A stretch of DNA of 64,000 nt from Heterodontus francisci (taxonomy: Eukaryota): contig NC_090378.1 of NCBI RefSeq assembly GCF_036365525.1, forward strand, positions 122,373,593 to 122,437,592. The letters run 5' to 3'. Under the pieces are notes generated by a model that worked only from the letters and a program-made list of their open reading frames with translations, did not search any database and was not told the DNA's origin. Positions 36,001-49,857 of this stretch are shown in pieces (position 1 is the stretch's first letter; each line of letters begins with the position of its first letter). The position numbers and the translations under genes are program-made.

Positions 36001-39000
36001 TAATGGACACACGGTCCCACCTCCTGCACTGACACATCCCACAGTTATATATAATATATAATAATGGACACACAGTCTCACCTTCTGGACTGACACATCC
36101 CACAGTTATATATAATACATAATAATGGACACACAGTCTCACCTCCTGTACTGACACATCCCACAGCTATATATAATATATAATAATGGACACACAGTCC
36201 CACCTCCTGTATACTGACACATCCCACAGTTATATATAATATATAATAATGGACACACAGTCCCACCTCCTGTACTGACACATCCCACAGATATATATAA
36301 TAAAAAACAATGGACTCACAGTCCCACCTCCTGTACTGACACATCCCACAGTTATATACAATATATAATAATGGACACACAGTCCCACCTCCTGGACTGA
36401 CACGTCCCACAGTTATATACAATATAAAATAATGGACACACAGTCCCACCTCCTGGACTGACACATCCCACAGTTATATATAATATATAATAATGGACAC
36501 ACGGTCCCACCTCCTGCACTGACACATCCCACAGTTATATATAATATATAATAATGGACACACAGTCTCACCTTCTGGACTGACACATCCCACAGTTATA
36601 TATAATACATAATAATGGACACACAGTCCCACCTCCTGCACTGACACATCCCACAGTTATATATAATATATAATAATGGACACACGGTCCCACCTCCTGC
36701 ACTGACACATCCCACAGTTATATATAATATATAATAATGGACACACAGTCTCACCTTCTGGACTGACACATCCCACAGTTATATATAATACATAATAATG
36801 GACACACAGTCTCACCTCCTGTACTGACACATCCCACAGCTATATATGATATATAATAATGGACACACAGTCCCACCTCCTGTATACTGACACATCCCAC
36901 AGTTATATATAATATATAATAATGGACACACAGTCCCACCTCCTGTACTGACACATCCCACAGATATATATAATAAAAAACAATGGACTCACAGTCCCAC
37001 CTCCTGTACTGACACATCCCACAGTTATATATAATATATAATAATGGACACACAGTCCCACCTCCTGGACTGACACGTCCCACAGTTATATACAATATAT
37101 AATAATGGACACACAGTCCCACCCCCTGGACTGACACATCCCACAGTTATATATAATATATAATAATGGACACACAGTCCCACCTCCTGGACTGACACGT
37201 CCCACAGTTATATACAATATATAATAATGGACACACAGTCCCACCCCCTGGACTGACACATCCGACAGTTATATATAATATATAATAATGGACACACAGT
37301 CCCACCTCCTGGACTGACACATCCCACAGTTATATATAATATATAATAATGGACTCACAGTCCCACCTCCTGCACTGACACATCCCACAGTTATATATAA
37401 TATATAATAATGGACACACTGACCCACCTCCTGTCCTGACACATCCCACAGTTATATATAATATATAATAATGGACACACAGTCCCACCTCCTGTACTGA
37501 CACATCCCACAGATATATATAATAAAAAACAATGGACTCACAGTCCCACCTCCTGTACTGACACATCCCACAGTTATATACAATATATAATAATGGACAC
37601 ACAGTCCCACCTCCTGGACTGACACGTCCCACAGTTATATACAATATATAATAATGGACACACAGTCCCACCTCCTGGACTGACACATCCCACAGTTATA
37701 TGTAATATATAATAATGGACACACGGTCCCACCTCCTGTACTGACACATCCCACAGCTATATATAATATATAATAATGGACACACAGTCCCACCTCCTGT
37801 ATACTGACACATCCCACAGTTATATATAATATATAATAATGGACACACAGTCCCACCTCCTGGACTGACACATCCCACAGTTATATATAATATATAATAA
37901 TGGACACACAGTCCCACCTCCTGGACTGACACATCCCACAGTTATATATAATATATAATAATGGACACACAGTCCCACCTCCTGGACTGACACATCCCAC
38001 AGTTATATATAATATATAATAATGGACACGCAGTCTCACCTCCTGCACTGACACATCCCACAGTTATATGTAATATATAATAATGGACACACGGTCCCAC
38101 CTCCTGCACTGACACATCCCACAGGTATATATAATATATAATAATGGACACGCAGTCTCACCTCCTGTACTGACACATCCCACAGTTATATGTAATATAT
38201 AATAATGGACACACGGTCCCACCTCCTGCACTGACACATCCCACAGTTATATATAATATTTAATAATGGACACACAGTCCCACCTCCTGTAGTGACACAT
38301 CCCACATTTATATATAATATATAATAATGGACACACGGTCCCACCTCCTGTACTGACACATCCTACAGTTATATATAAAATATAATAATGGACACACAGT
38401 CCCACCTCCTGGACTGACACATCCCACAGTTATATGTAATATATAATAATGGGCACACAGTCCCACCTCCTGTACTGACACGTCCCACATTTATATATAA
38501 TATATAATGAAGGACACACAGTCACACCTCCTGGACTGACACATCCCACAGTTATATGTAATATATAATAATGGGCACACAGTCCCACCTCCTGCACTGA
38601 CATGTCCCACATTTATATATAATATATAATAAAGGACACACAGTCCCACCTCCTGGACTGACACATCCCACAGTTATATATAATATATAATAATGGACAC
38701 ACGGTCCCACCTCCTGTACTGACACATCCCACATTTATATATAATATATAATAAAGGACACACTGTCCCACCTCCTGGACTGACACGTCCCACAGTTATA
38801 TACAATATAAAATAATGGACACACGGTCCCACCTCCTGGACTGACACATCCCACAGTTATATATAATATATAATAATGGACACACGGTCCCACCTCCTGG
38901 ACTGACACATCCCACAGTTATATATAATATATAATAATGGACACAGAGTCTCACCTTCTGGACTGACACATCCCACAGTTATATATAATACATAATAATG

Positions 39001-42000
39001 GACACACAGTCTCAACTCCTGTACTGACACATCCCACAGCTATATATAATATATAATAGTGGACACACAGTCCCACCTCCTGTATACTGACACATCCCAC
39101 AGTTATATATAATACATAATAATGGACACACAGTCCCACCTCCTGGACTGACACATCCCACAGTTATATGTAATATATAATAATGGACACACAGTCTCAC
39201 CTCCTGCACTGACACATCCCACAGTTATATATAATATATAATAATGGACACACAGTCCCACCGCCTGTTCTGACACATCCCACAGATATATATAATAAAG
39301 AATAATGGACTCACAGTCCCACCTCCTGCACTGACACATCCCACAGTTATATATAATATATAATAATGGACACACTGACCCACCTCCTGTCCTGACACAT
39401 CCCACAGTTATATATAATATATAATAATGGACACACAGTCCCACCTCCTGTACTGACACATCCCACAGATATATATAATAAAAAACAATGGACTCACAGT
39501 CCCACCTCCTGCACTGACACATCCCACAGTTATATATAATATATAATAATGGACACACTGACCCACCTCCTGTCCTGACACATCCCACAGTTATATACAA
39601 TATATAATAATGGACACACAGTCCCACCTCCTGGACTGACAAGTCCCACAGTTATATACAATATATAATAATGGACACACAGTCCCACCTCCTGGACTGA
39701 CACATCCCACAGTTATATGTAATATATAATAATGGACACACGGTCCCACCTCCTGTACTGACACATCCCACAGCTATATATAATATATAATAATGGACAC
39801 ACAGTCCCACCTCCTGTATACTGACACATCCCACAGTTATATATAATATATAATAATGGACACACAGTCCCACCTCCTGGACTGACACATCCCACAGTTA
39901 TATATAATATATAATAATGGACACACAGTCCCACCTCCTGGACTGACACATCCCACAGTTATATATAATATATAATAATGGACACACAGTCCCACCTCCT
40001 GGACTGACACATCCCACAGTTATATATAATATATAATAATGGACACGCAGTCTCACCTCCTGCACTGACACATCCCACAGTTATATGTAATATATAATAA
40101 TGGACACACGGTCCCACCTCCTGCACTGACACATCCCACAGGTATATATAATATATAATAATGGACACGCAGTCTCACCTCCTGTACTGACACATCCCAC
40201 AGTTATATGTAATATATAATAATGGACACACGGTCCCACCTCCTGCACTGACACATCCCACAGTTATATATAATATATAATAATGGACACACAGTCCCAC
40301 CTCCTGTAGTGACACATCCCACATTTATATATAATATATAATAATGGACACACGGTCCCACCTCCTGTACTGACACATCCCACAGTTATATATAATATAT
40401 AATAATGGACACACAGTCCCACCTCCTGGGCTGACACATCCCACAGTTATATGTAATATATAATAATGGGCACACAGTCCCACCTCCTGTACTGACACGT
40501 CCCACATTTATATATAATATATAATAAAGGACACACAGTCCCACCTCCTGGACTGACACATCCCACAGTTAGATGTAATATATAATAATGGGCACACAGT
40601 CCCACCTCCTGTACTGACACATCCCACAGTTATATATAATATATAATAATGGACACACAGTCCCACCTCCTGTACTGACACATCCCACATTTATATATAA
40701 TATATAATAAAGGACACACAGTCCCACCTCCTGGACTGACACATCCCACAGTTATATATAATATATAATAATGGACACACGGTCCCACCTCCTGTACTGA
40801 CACATCCCACATTTATATATAATATATAATAAAGGACACACAGTCCCACCTCCTGGACTAACACGTCCCACAGTTATATATAATATATAATAGTGGACAC
40901 ACAGTCCCACCTCCTGTATACTGACACTTCCCACAGTGATATATAATACATAATAATGGACACACAGTCCCACCTCCTGGACTGACACATCCCACAGTTA
41001 TATGTAATATATAATAATGGACACACATTCCCACCTCCTGTACTGACACATCCCACAGTTATATACAATATAAAATAATGGACACACAGTCCCACCTCCC
41101 GCACTGACACATCCCACAGTTATATATAATATATAATAATGGACACACGGTCCCACCTCCTGCACTGACACATCCCACAGTTATATATAATATATAATAA
41201 TGGACACACGGTCCCACCTCCTGCACTGACACATCCCACAGTTATATATAATATATAATAATGGACACACAGTCTCACCTTCTGGACTGACACATCCCAC
41301 AGTTATATATAATACATAATAATGGACACACAGTCTCACCTCCTGTACTGACACATCCCACAGCTATATATAATATATAATAATGGACACACAGTCCCAC
41401 CTCCTGTATACTGACACATCCCACAGTTATATATAATATATAATAATGGACACACAGTCCCACCTCCTGTACTGACACATCCCACAGATATATATAATAA
41501 AAAACAATGGACTCACAGTCCCACCTCCTGTACTGACACATCCCACAGTTATATACAATATATAATAATGGACACACAGTCCCACCTCCTGGACTGACAC
41601 GTCCCACAGTTATATACAATATAAAATAATGGACACACAGTCCCACCTCCTGGACTGACACATCCCACAGTTATATATAATATATAATAATGGACACACG
41701 GTCCCACCTCCTGCACTGACACATCCCACAGTTATATATAATATATAATAATGGACACACAGTCTCACCTTCTGGACTGACACATCCCACAGTTATATAT
41801 AATACATAATAATGGACACACAGTCCCACCTCCTGCACTGACACATCCCACAGTTATATATAATATATAATAATGGACACACGGTCCCACCTCCTGCACT
41901 GACACATCCCACAGTTATATATAATATATAATAATGGACACACAGTCTCACCTTCTGGACTGACACATCCCACAGTTATATATAATACATAATAATGGAC

Positions 42001-45000
42001 ACACAGTCTCACCTCCTGTACTGACACATCCCACAGCTATATATGATATATAATAATGGACACACAGTCCCACCTCCTGTATACTGACACATCCCACAGT
42101 TATATATAATATATAATAATGGACACACAGTCCCACCTCCTGTACTGACACATCCCACAGATATATATAATAAAAAACAATGGACTCACAGTCCCACCTC
42201 CTGTACTGACACATCCCACAGTTATATATAATATATAATAATGGACACACAGTCCCACCTCCTGGACTGACACGTCCCACAGTTATATACAATATATAAT
42301 AATGGACACACAGTCCCACCCCCTGGACTGACACATCCCACAGTTATATATAATATATAATAATGGACACACAGTCCCACCTCCTGGACTGACACGTCCC
42401 ACAGTTATATACAATATATAATAATGGACACACAGTCCCACCCCCTGGACTGACACATCCGACAGTTATATATAATATATAATAATGGACACACAGTCCC
42501 ACCTCCTGGACTGACACATCCCACAGTTATATATAATATATAATAATGGACACACAGTCCCACCTCCTGTACTGACACATCCCACAGATATATATAATAA
42601 AAAACAATGGACTCACAGTCCCACCTCCTGTACTGACACATCCCACAGTTATATGTAATATATAATAATGGACACACGGTCCCACCTCCTGTACTGACAC
42701 ATCCCACAGCTATATATAATATATAATAATGGACACACAGTCCCACCTCCTGTATACTGACACATCCCACAGTTATATATAATATATAATAATGGACACA
42801 CAGTCCCACCTCCTGGACTGACACATCCCACAGTTATATATAATATATAATAATGGACACACAGTCCCACCTCCTGGACTGACACATCCCACAGTTATAT
42901 ATAATATATAATAATGGACACACAGTCCCACCTCCTGGACTGACACATCCCACAGTTATATATAATATATAATAATGGACACGCAGTCTCACCTCCTGCA
43001 CTGACGCATCCCACAGTTATATGTAATATATAATAATGGACACACGGTCCCACCTCCTGCACTGACACATCCCACAGGTATATATAATATATAATAATGG
43101 ACACGCAGTCTCACCTCCTCTACTGACACATCCCACAGTTATATGTAATATATAATAATGGACACACGGTCCCACCTCCTGCACTGACACATCCCACAGT
43201 TATATAGAATATATAATAATGGACACACAGTCCCACCTCCTGTCGTGACACATCCCACATTTATATATAATATATAATAATGGACACACGGTCCCACCTC
43301 CTGTACTGACACATCCCACAGTTATATATAATATATAATAATGGACACACAGTCCCACCTCTTGGACTGACACATCCCACAGTTATATGTAATATATAAT
43401 AATGGGCACACAGTCCCACCTCCTGTACTGACATGTCCCACATTTATATATAATATATAATAATGGACACACAGTCCCACCTCCTGGACTGACACATCCC
43501 ACAGTTATATGTAATATATAATAATGGGCACACAGTCCCACCTCCTGTACTGACACGTCCCACATTTATATATATCATATATAATAAAGGACACACAGTC
43601 CCACCTCCTGGACTGACACATCCCACAGTTATATATAATATATAATAATGGACACACGGTCCCACCTCCTGTACTGACTCATCCCACATTTATATATAAT
43701 ATATAATAAAGGACACACAGTCCCACCTCCTGGACTGACACGTCCCACAGTTATATACAATATAAAATAATGGACACACAGTCCCACCTCCTGGACTGAC
43801 ACATCCCACAGTTATATATAATATATAATAATGGACACACAGTCTCACCTTCTGGACTGACACATCCCACAGTTATATATAATATATAATAATGGACACA
43901 CAGTCCCACCTCCTGGACTGACACATCCCACAGTTATATATAATATATAATAATGGACACACAGTCCCACCTCCTGTACTGACACATCCCACAGCTATAT
44001 ATAATATATAATAGTGGACACACAGTCCCACCTCCTGTATACTGACACTTCCCACAGTGATATATAATACATAATAATGGACACACAGTCCCACCTCCTG
44101 GACTGACACATCCCACAGTTATATGTAATATATAATAATGGACACACAGTCCCACCTCCTGTACTGACACGTCCCACAGTTATATACAATATAAAATAAT
44201 GGACACACAGTCCCACCTCCTGGACTGACACATCCCACAGTTATATATAATATATAATAATGGACACACGGTCCCACCTCCTGCACTGACACATCCCACA
44301 GTTATATATAATATATAATAATGGACACACAGTCTCACCTTCTGGACTGACACATCCCACAGTTATATATAATACATAATAATGGACACACAGTCTCACC
44401 TCCTGTACTGACACATCCCACAGCTATATATAATATATAATAATGGACACACAGTCCCACCTCCTGTATACTGACACATCCCACAGTTATATATAATATA
44501 TAATAATGGACACACAGTCTCACCTCCTGTACTGACACATCCCACAGCTATATATAATATATAATAATGGACACACAGTCCCACCTCCTGCATACTGACA
44601 CATCCCACAGTTATATATAATATATAATAATGGACACACAGTCCCACCTCCTGGACTGACACATCCCACAGTTATATATAATATATAATAATGGACACAC
44701 AGTCTCACCTCCTGGACTGACACATCCCACAGTTATATATAATATATAATAATGGACACACAGTCCCACCTCCTGGACTGACACATCCCACAGTTATATA
44801 TAATATATAATAATGGACACACAGTCCCACCTCCTGGACTGACACGTCCCACAGTTATATATAATATATAATAATGGACACACGCTCCCACCTCCTGAAC
44901 TGACACATCCCACAGTTATATATCATATAAAATAATGGACACACAGTCCCACCTCCTGGACTGACACATCCCACAGTTATATATCATATAAAATAATGGA

Positions 45001-45720
45001 CACACAGTCCCACCTCCTGGACTGACACATGCCACAGTTATATATAATATATAATGATGGACACACAGTCCCACCTCCTGGACTGACACATCCCACAGTT
45101 ATATATAATATATAATGATGGACACACATTCCCACCTCCTGGACTGACACATCCCACAGTTATATATAATATAAAATAATGGACACACAGTCCCACCTCC
45201 TGGACTGACACATGCCACAGTTATATATAATATATAATGATGGACACACAGTCCCACCTCCTGGACTGACACATCCCACAGTTATATATAATATATAATA
45301 ATGGACACACAGTCCCACCTCCTGGACTGACACATCCCACAGTTATATATCATATAAAATAATGGACACACAGTCCCACCTCCTGGACTGACACATCCCA
45401 CAGTTATATATAATATATAACAATGGACACACAATCCCACCTCCTGGACTGACACATCCCACAGTTATATATAATATATAATAATGGACACACAGTCCCA
45501 CCTCCTGGACTGACACATCCCACAGTTGTATATAATATATAATAATGGACACACAGTCCCACCTCCTGGACTGACACATCTCACAGTTATATATAATATA
45601 TAATAATGGACACACAGTCCCACCTCCTGTACTGACACGTCCCACAGTTATATATAATATATAATAATGGACACACGGTCCCACCTCCTGAACTGACACA
45701 TCCCACAGTTATATATGTAA
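1..45720. repeat. 61-bp tandem minisatellite/satellite array, ~750 units, running off the left edge of the window
   Basis: Consensus CAGTTATATATAATATATAATAATGGACACACAGTCCCACCTCCTG(G/T/C)ACTGACACATCCCA repeats continuously, with 57-, 60-, 62- and 63-bp indel variants. The array ends at ~45720. Confidence 0.99.
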
Positions 45721-45929
45721 TATAATTAATGAAGAACGTAAACTGATCAAATTAAACCATGACATTATGTTCACTGTCCACTACACCCCCCTGCCCCTGT
45801 GGTGCCCACTGCTCATTGAAGGCTTAAGTTGTTCCTCGAACACTCCATGTGCACTTATGAAGAGATGCTGAAAATGTTTTCATTGAATTGGGATTCCAAC
45901 TCTCCCGAGCACTGCTGCATGCAGCTTAG

Positions 45930-46146
45930 ACACAGCAAGACACAGAAACAGTGAGAGGCAGAGTGTGAGAGAGATACAGACCAAGGGAGAGACAGAATGA
46001 GTGAGAGAAGGTGGGAGAGGGACAGGGAGATATGCGTCGAGGCACAGAGACATGCACGCAGACATTGAGAGAGAGACAGAAGGAAAGAGACACATCCACA
46101 CACACACAACGGGAGACACGCAGGCAATGAGAGACAAATACAGACT
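45930..46146. repeat. GA/CA-rich low-complexity tract
   Basis: Degenerate (GA)n/(CA)n sequence, similar in composition to the tract on the other side of the CR1 (48996-49810). Confidence 0.75.
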
Positions 46147-46930
46147 TTGAAAAACAATGATAGAATTATAGAATGGTTACAGCACAGAAGAAGGCCATTC
46201 AGGCCATCATTTCTGTGCTGGATCTCTGAAAGAGCAATTCACCTCGTGACACTCCGGCACCTTCTCCCCGTCATCCTGCATATCCTTCCTTTTAGGAGAA
46301 TAATCCAATTCCCTTTTGAATGCATCAATTGAACCTGCCTCCACCACACTCTCAGGCAGTGCATTCCAGATCCGAACTACTCGCTGTGTGAAAAAGTTTC
46401 TCCTCATGTCACCATTGCATCTTTTGCCAATTACCTTACATCTGTGCCGTCTGGTTCTCGATCCTTCCACCAATGGTAATAGTTTCTCCCTATCTACTCT
46501 GTCCAGAGCCCTAATGATTTTGAATACCCCTATCAAATCCCCTCTCAACCTTCTCATCTCCAAGGAAACAGTCCCAGCTTCTCCAATTTATCCACATAAC
46601 TATCCCTGGACCGATTCTTGTGAATCCTTTCTGCACCCTCTCTAATGCCTTCACTTCCTTCCTAAATTGTGGCACCCAGAACTGGACACAGTCCTCCAGT
46701 TGAGGCTGAACTAGTGTTTTATACAAATTTAACATAACCTCCTTGCTCTTGTACTCTGTGCCCCTATTAATAAAGCCCAGGATACTGTATGCTTTATTAA
46801 CCTCTCTCTCAACCTGTCCTGCCACCTTCAATGACTTCCGCACATATACACTTAGGTCCCTATGCTCCTGTACCCCCTTTAGAATTATACCCTTTATTTT
46901 ATATTGTCTCTCCGCATTCTCTCTACCACA

Positions 46931-47326
46931 TCACCCTTCTCTGCATTTAAATTTCATCTGCCACTTGTCAGCCCATTCCACCAACCCGTCCGTATCCTTT
47001 TGAAGTTCTACACTATCTTCCTCACAGTTCACAATACTTCCAAGTTTTGTATCTTCTGCAAATTTTGAAATTGTGCCCTGCACACCAAGGTTTAGGTCAT
47101 TAATATATATTAGGAAAAGCAAGGATCCCAACACTGATCCCTGAGGAACTCCACTACAATCCTTCCTCCAGCCTGAAAAACATCCATTAACTACTCTCTT
47201 TTTCCTGTCAGTCAGCCAATTTTGTATCCATGTTGCTACTGTCCCTTTTATTCCATGAGCTATAACTTTGCTCACCAGTCTGTTGTGTGGCACTGTGTCA
47301 AACACCTTTTGAAAGTCCATGTACAC
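46931..47326 (-). pseudogene. Reverse-transcriptase domain remnant of the CR1 ORF2
   Basis: RT motifs GVPQGSVLG and FAED (the catalytic FADD is mutated). Neighbouring parts of the ORF lie in other frames. Confidence 0.9.
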
Positions 47327-48068
47327 AACATCAACAGCAACAACATTGCCCTCATCAACTCTCTCTGTTACCTCATCAAAAACTCCAACAAGTTAGTTAA
47401 ACATGATTTGCCCTGAACAAATCATTGCTGGCTTTCCTTAACTAACTTGCACTTGTCCATGTGACTATTAATCTTGTCCCGAATTATTCTTTCTAGAAGT
47501 TTCCCCACCACTGAGGTTAAACTGACTGGCTTGACATTGCTGGGCTTATCTTTACACCCTTTTTTTGAACAAGGGTGTCACATTTACAATTCTCCAATTC
47601 TCTGCCACCATCCCTGAGTTTAACGAAGACTGTAAAATTATGGCCAGTGGCTCTGCAATTTCCACTCTCACTCCCTCAGTATCTCATCCGGTCCTGGTGT
47701 TTAATCCACTTTAAGTACAGACAGCCTATCCAATAACTCCTCTTTATCAATTTTAAACCCATCTGGTGTCTGAATTACCTTCTCTTTCACTATGACCTGT
47801 GCAGCATCTTCTCCCTTGATAAAGACAGATGGAAAGTATTCATTTCATACCTCAGCCATGCTCCTACCTCCATGTGTAAATCCCCTTTTTGGTCCCTAAT
47901 CGCCCCACTACTCCTTTTACCACTCTTTTACTATATACATGCCGATACAAGACTATTAGATCCACTATTGTATTAGCTGCCAGTCTCTTTTCATACTCTC
48001 TCTTTTCTTCCCTTTGCCTTTTAAATTCCCCTCTGAGCCTTCTACATTCAGCCTAGTTCTCGATTGTA

Positions 48069-48785
48069 GGGGGAGGTGATGGTGTAGTGGTAATGTCACT
48101 TGACCAGTAATCCAGAGGCCAAGGCTAATTTTTTTTTTAGAGATACAGCATTGAAACAGGCCCTTCGGCCCACCGAGTCTGTGCCGACCATCAACCACCC
48201 ATTTATACTAATCCTACACTAATTCCATATTCCTACCACATCCTCACCTGTACCCAAATTTCCCTACCACCTACCTATACTAGGGGCAATTGCTAATGGC
48301 CAATTTACCTATCAATCTGCAAGTCTTTGGCATGTTTGAGGAAACCGGAGCACCCGGAGGAAACCCACGCAGACACAGAGAGAACTTGCAAACTCCACAC
48401 AGGCAGTACCCAGAATTGAACCCGGGTCGCTGGAGCTGTGAGGCTGCGGTGCTAACCACTGCGCCACTGTGCCGTTCTGGGGACATGTGTTTGAATCCCA
48501 CCATGGCAGATAGTGAAATTTGAATTCAATTAATAAATCTGGAATTAAAAGCTGGTGGAATGGTGACCATGAAACCATTGTCGATTGTTGTAAAAACCCA
48601 TCTGGTTCACTAATGTCCTTCAGGGAAGGAAATCTGCAGGCCTTACCTGGTCTGGCCTTCATGTGACTCCAGACCCACAGCAATGTGGTTGACTCTTAAA
48701 TGCCTTCAGTGGGCAATTAGGGATGGGCAATAAATGCTGGCCTAGCCAGTGACGCCCATATCCCATGATCAAATAACAAAAGAAA
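48069..48785 (+). mobile_element. tRNA-derived shark SINE inserted in the CR1 and split by a second SINE
   Basis: Head GGGGAGGTGATGGTGTAGTGG (A box). The B-box-like GTTTGAATCCC resumes at ~48489 after the insert. A-rich 3' end at ~48770-48785. CR1 sequence is continuous across it. Confidence 0.8.
48130..48473 (-). mobile_element. HE1-like V-SINE
   Basis: Minus strand begins GGCACAGTGGCGCAGTGGTTAGCAC (A box), then GGGTTCAATTC (B box) and the V-domain GTGTGGAGTTTGCAAGTTCTCTCTGTGTCTGCGTGGGTTTCCTCCGGGTGCTCCGGTTTCCTC. It has a CR1-like tail GGGCCGAAGGGCCTGTTTC and a poly(A), seen as the T-run at ~48130. Confidence 0.88.
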
Positions 48786-48995
48786 ATCCACCTGACATTT
48801 ATCATAAGCAGACTTTTTCTTCTTTATCTTAACCTCTGTCTCTTTTGTCATCCAGGGAGCTCTGGATTTGTTTGCCCCACGTTTCCCCTTCGTGGAAATA
48901 CACCTTGGTTTTGCCCGAACTATCTCTTCTTTAAAAGCAGCCCATTGTTCAGTTACAGTTCTCCAATTTATCTGGGTCAGATCCATTCTTACCCG

Positions 48996-49810
48996 AAGAG
49001 AGAGAGAGACACAGGGGCACACACCGGGAAGTAAACACAGAGAGAGACACACACAAATACAGACGGAGAGACAGACACACACACAGAGGCACACACCGAG
49101 AAGGAAACACAGAGAGAGACACACACACAAATACAGACAGAGAGAGGCACACACAGGGAAGGAAACACAGAGAGAGACACACACACAAANNNNNNNNNNN
49201 NNNNNNNNNNNNNNNNNNNNNNNNNNNNNNNNNNNNNNNNNNNNNNNNNNNNNNNNNNNNNNNNNNNNNNNNNNNNNNNNNNNNNNNNNNNNNNNNNNNN
49301 NNNNNNNNNNNNNNNNNNNNNNNNNNNNNNNNNNNNNGAGAGAGACACACACACAAATACAGACGGAGAGACAGACACACACACAGAGGCACACACCGGG
49401 AAGTAAACACAGAGAGAGACACACACACAAATACAGACGGAGAGACAGACACACACACAGAGGCACACACCGAGAAAGAAACACAGAGAGAGACACACAC
49501 ACAAATACAGACAGAGAGAGACACACACACAGAGGCACACACCGAGAAGGAAACACAGAGAGAGACACACACACAAATACAGACAGAGAGAGACACACAC
49601 ACAGAGGCACACACCGAGAAGGAAACACAGAGAGAGACACACACACAAATACAGACAGAGAGACAGACACACACACAGAGGCACACACAGGGAAGGAAAC
49701 ACAGAGAGAGAGAAAGAGAGACACACACACACACACAAATACAGACAGAGAGAGAGAGACACAGTGACAGTGAAAGACAGAGAGAGTGTGAGAGTGAGTG
49801 AGTGAAACAC
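48996..49810. repeat. Compound CA/GA minisatellite, ~72-74-bp period
   Basis: AAATACAGAC recurs at about 49055, 49129, 49355, 49429, 49503, 49575, 49647 and 49737, among (AC)n/(AG)n runs. Confidence 0.9.
49190..49337. other. Assembly gap (148 N)
   Basis: Run of Ns flanked on both sides by the same compound repeat. Confidence 0.99.
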
Positions 49811-49818
49811 AGAGCAGA

Positions 49819-49857
49819 GGATATTGTACAGCCCCTGCACTGGAAGCTGTCAGTGTG
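49819..49857 (-). promoter_or_regulatory. Recombination signal sequence (23-bp spacer) of the J segment
   Basis: GGATATTGT (7/9 to GGTTTTTGT) + 23 nt + CAGTGTG (6/7 to CACTGTG), directly abutting the J coding sequence. Confidence 0.9.

Larger units (their letters stand above)
46150..48993 (-). mobile_element. 5'-truncated, degenerate CR1-clade LINE (HER1-like), interrupted by SINEs at 48069-48785
   Basis: Minus-strand ORF fragments carry CR1 ORF2 motifs: DFQKVFDTVPHNRL, GVPQGSVLGSLLFLIYINDL, KFAEDTKL, WADKWQMKF, LYKTLVQPQLEDCVQFW, RRLRGDLI, FFTQRVVRIWNALP, and APWMTKE upstream. The 3' tail (ATTCTATAATTCTAT on the minus strand, ~46160-46175) fits the CR1 ATTCTRT-type tail. Frameshifted. Confidence 0.95.

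Noticed and set aside
492-45699. Over 100 minus-strand ORFs (VSVQEVGLCVHYYILY...)
   Set aside because: These are translations of the 61-bp satellite, opened only where variants remove the stop. There is no evidence of coding.
1-45720. CRISPR-like regular repeats
   Set aside because: There are no unique spacers; the units are head-to-tail monomers in vertebrate DNA, with no cas genes.
48400-48473. tRNA gene
   Set aside because: The A/B boxes belong to a SINE head followed by a V-domain and LINE-like tail. The same applies to the heads at 48069 and 51030.
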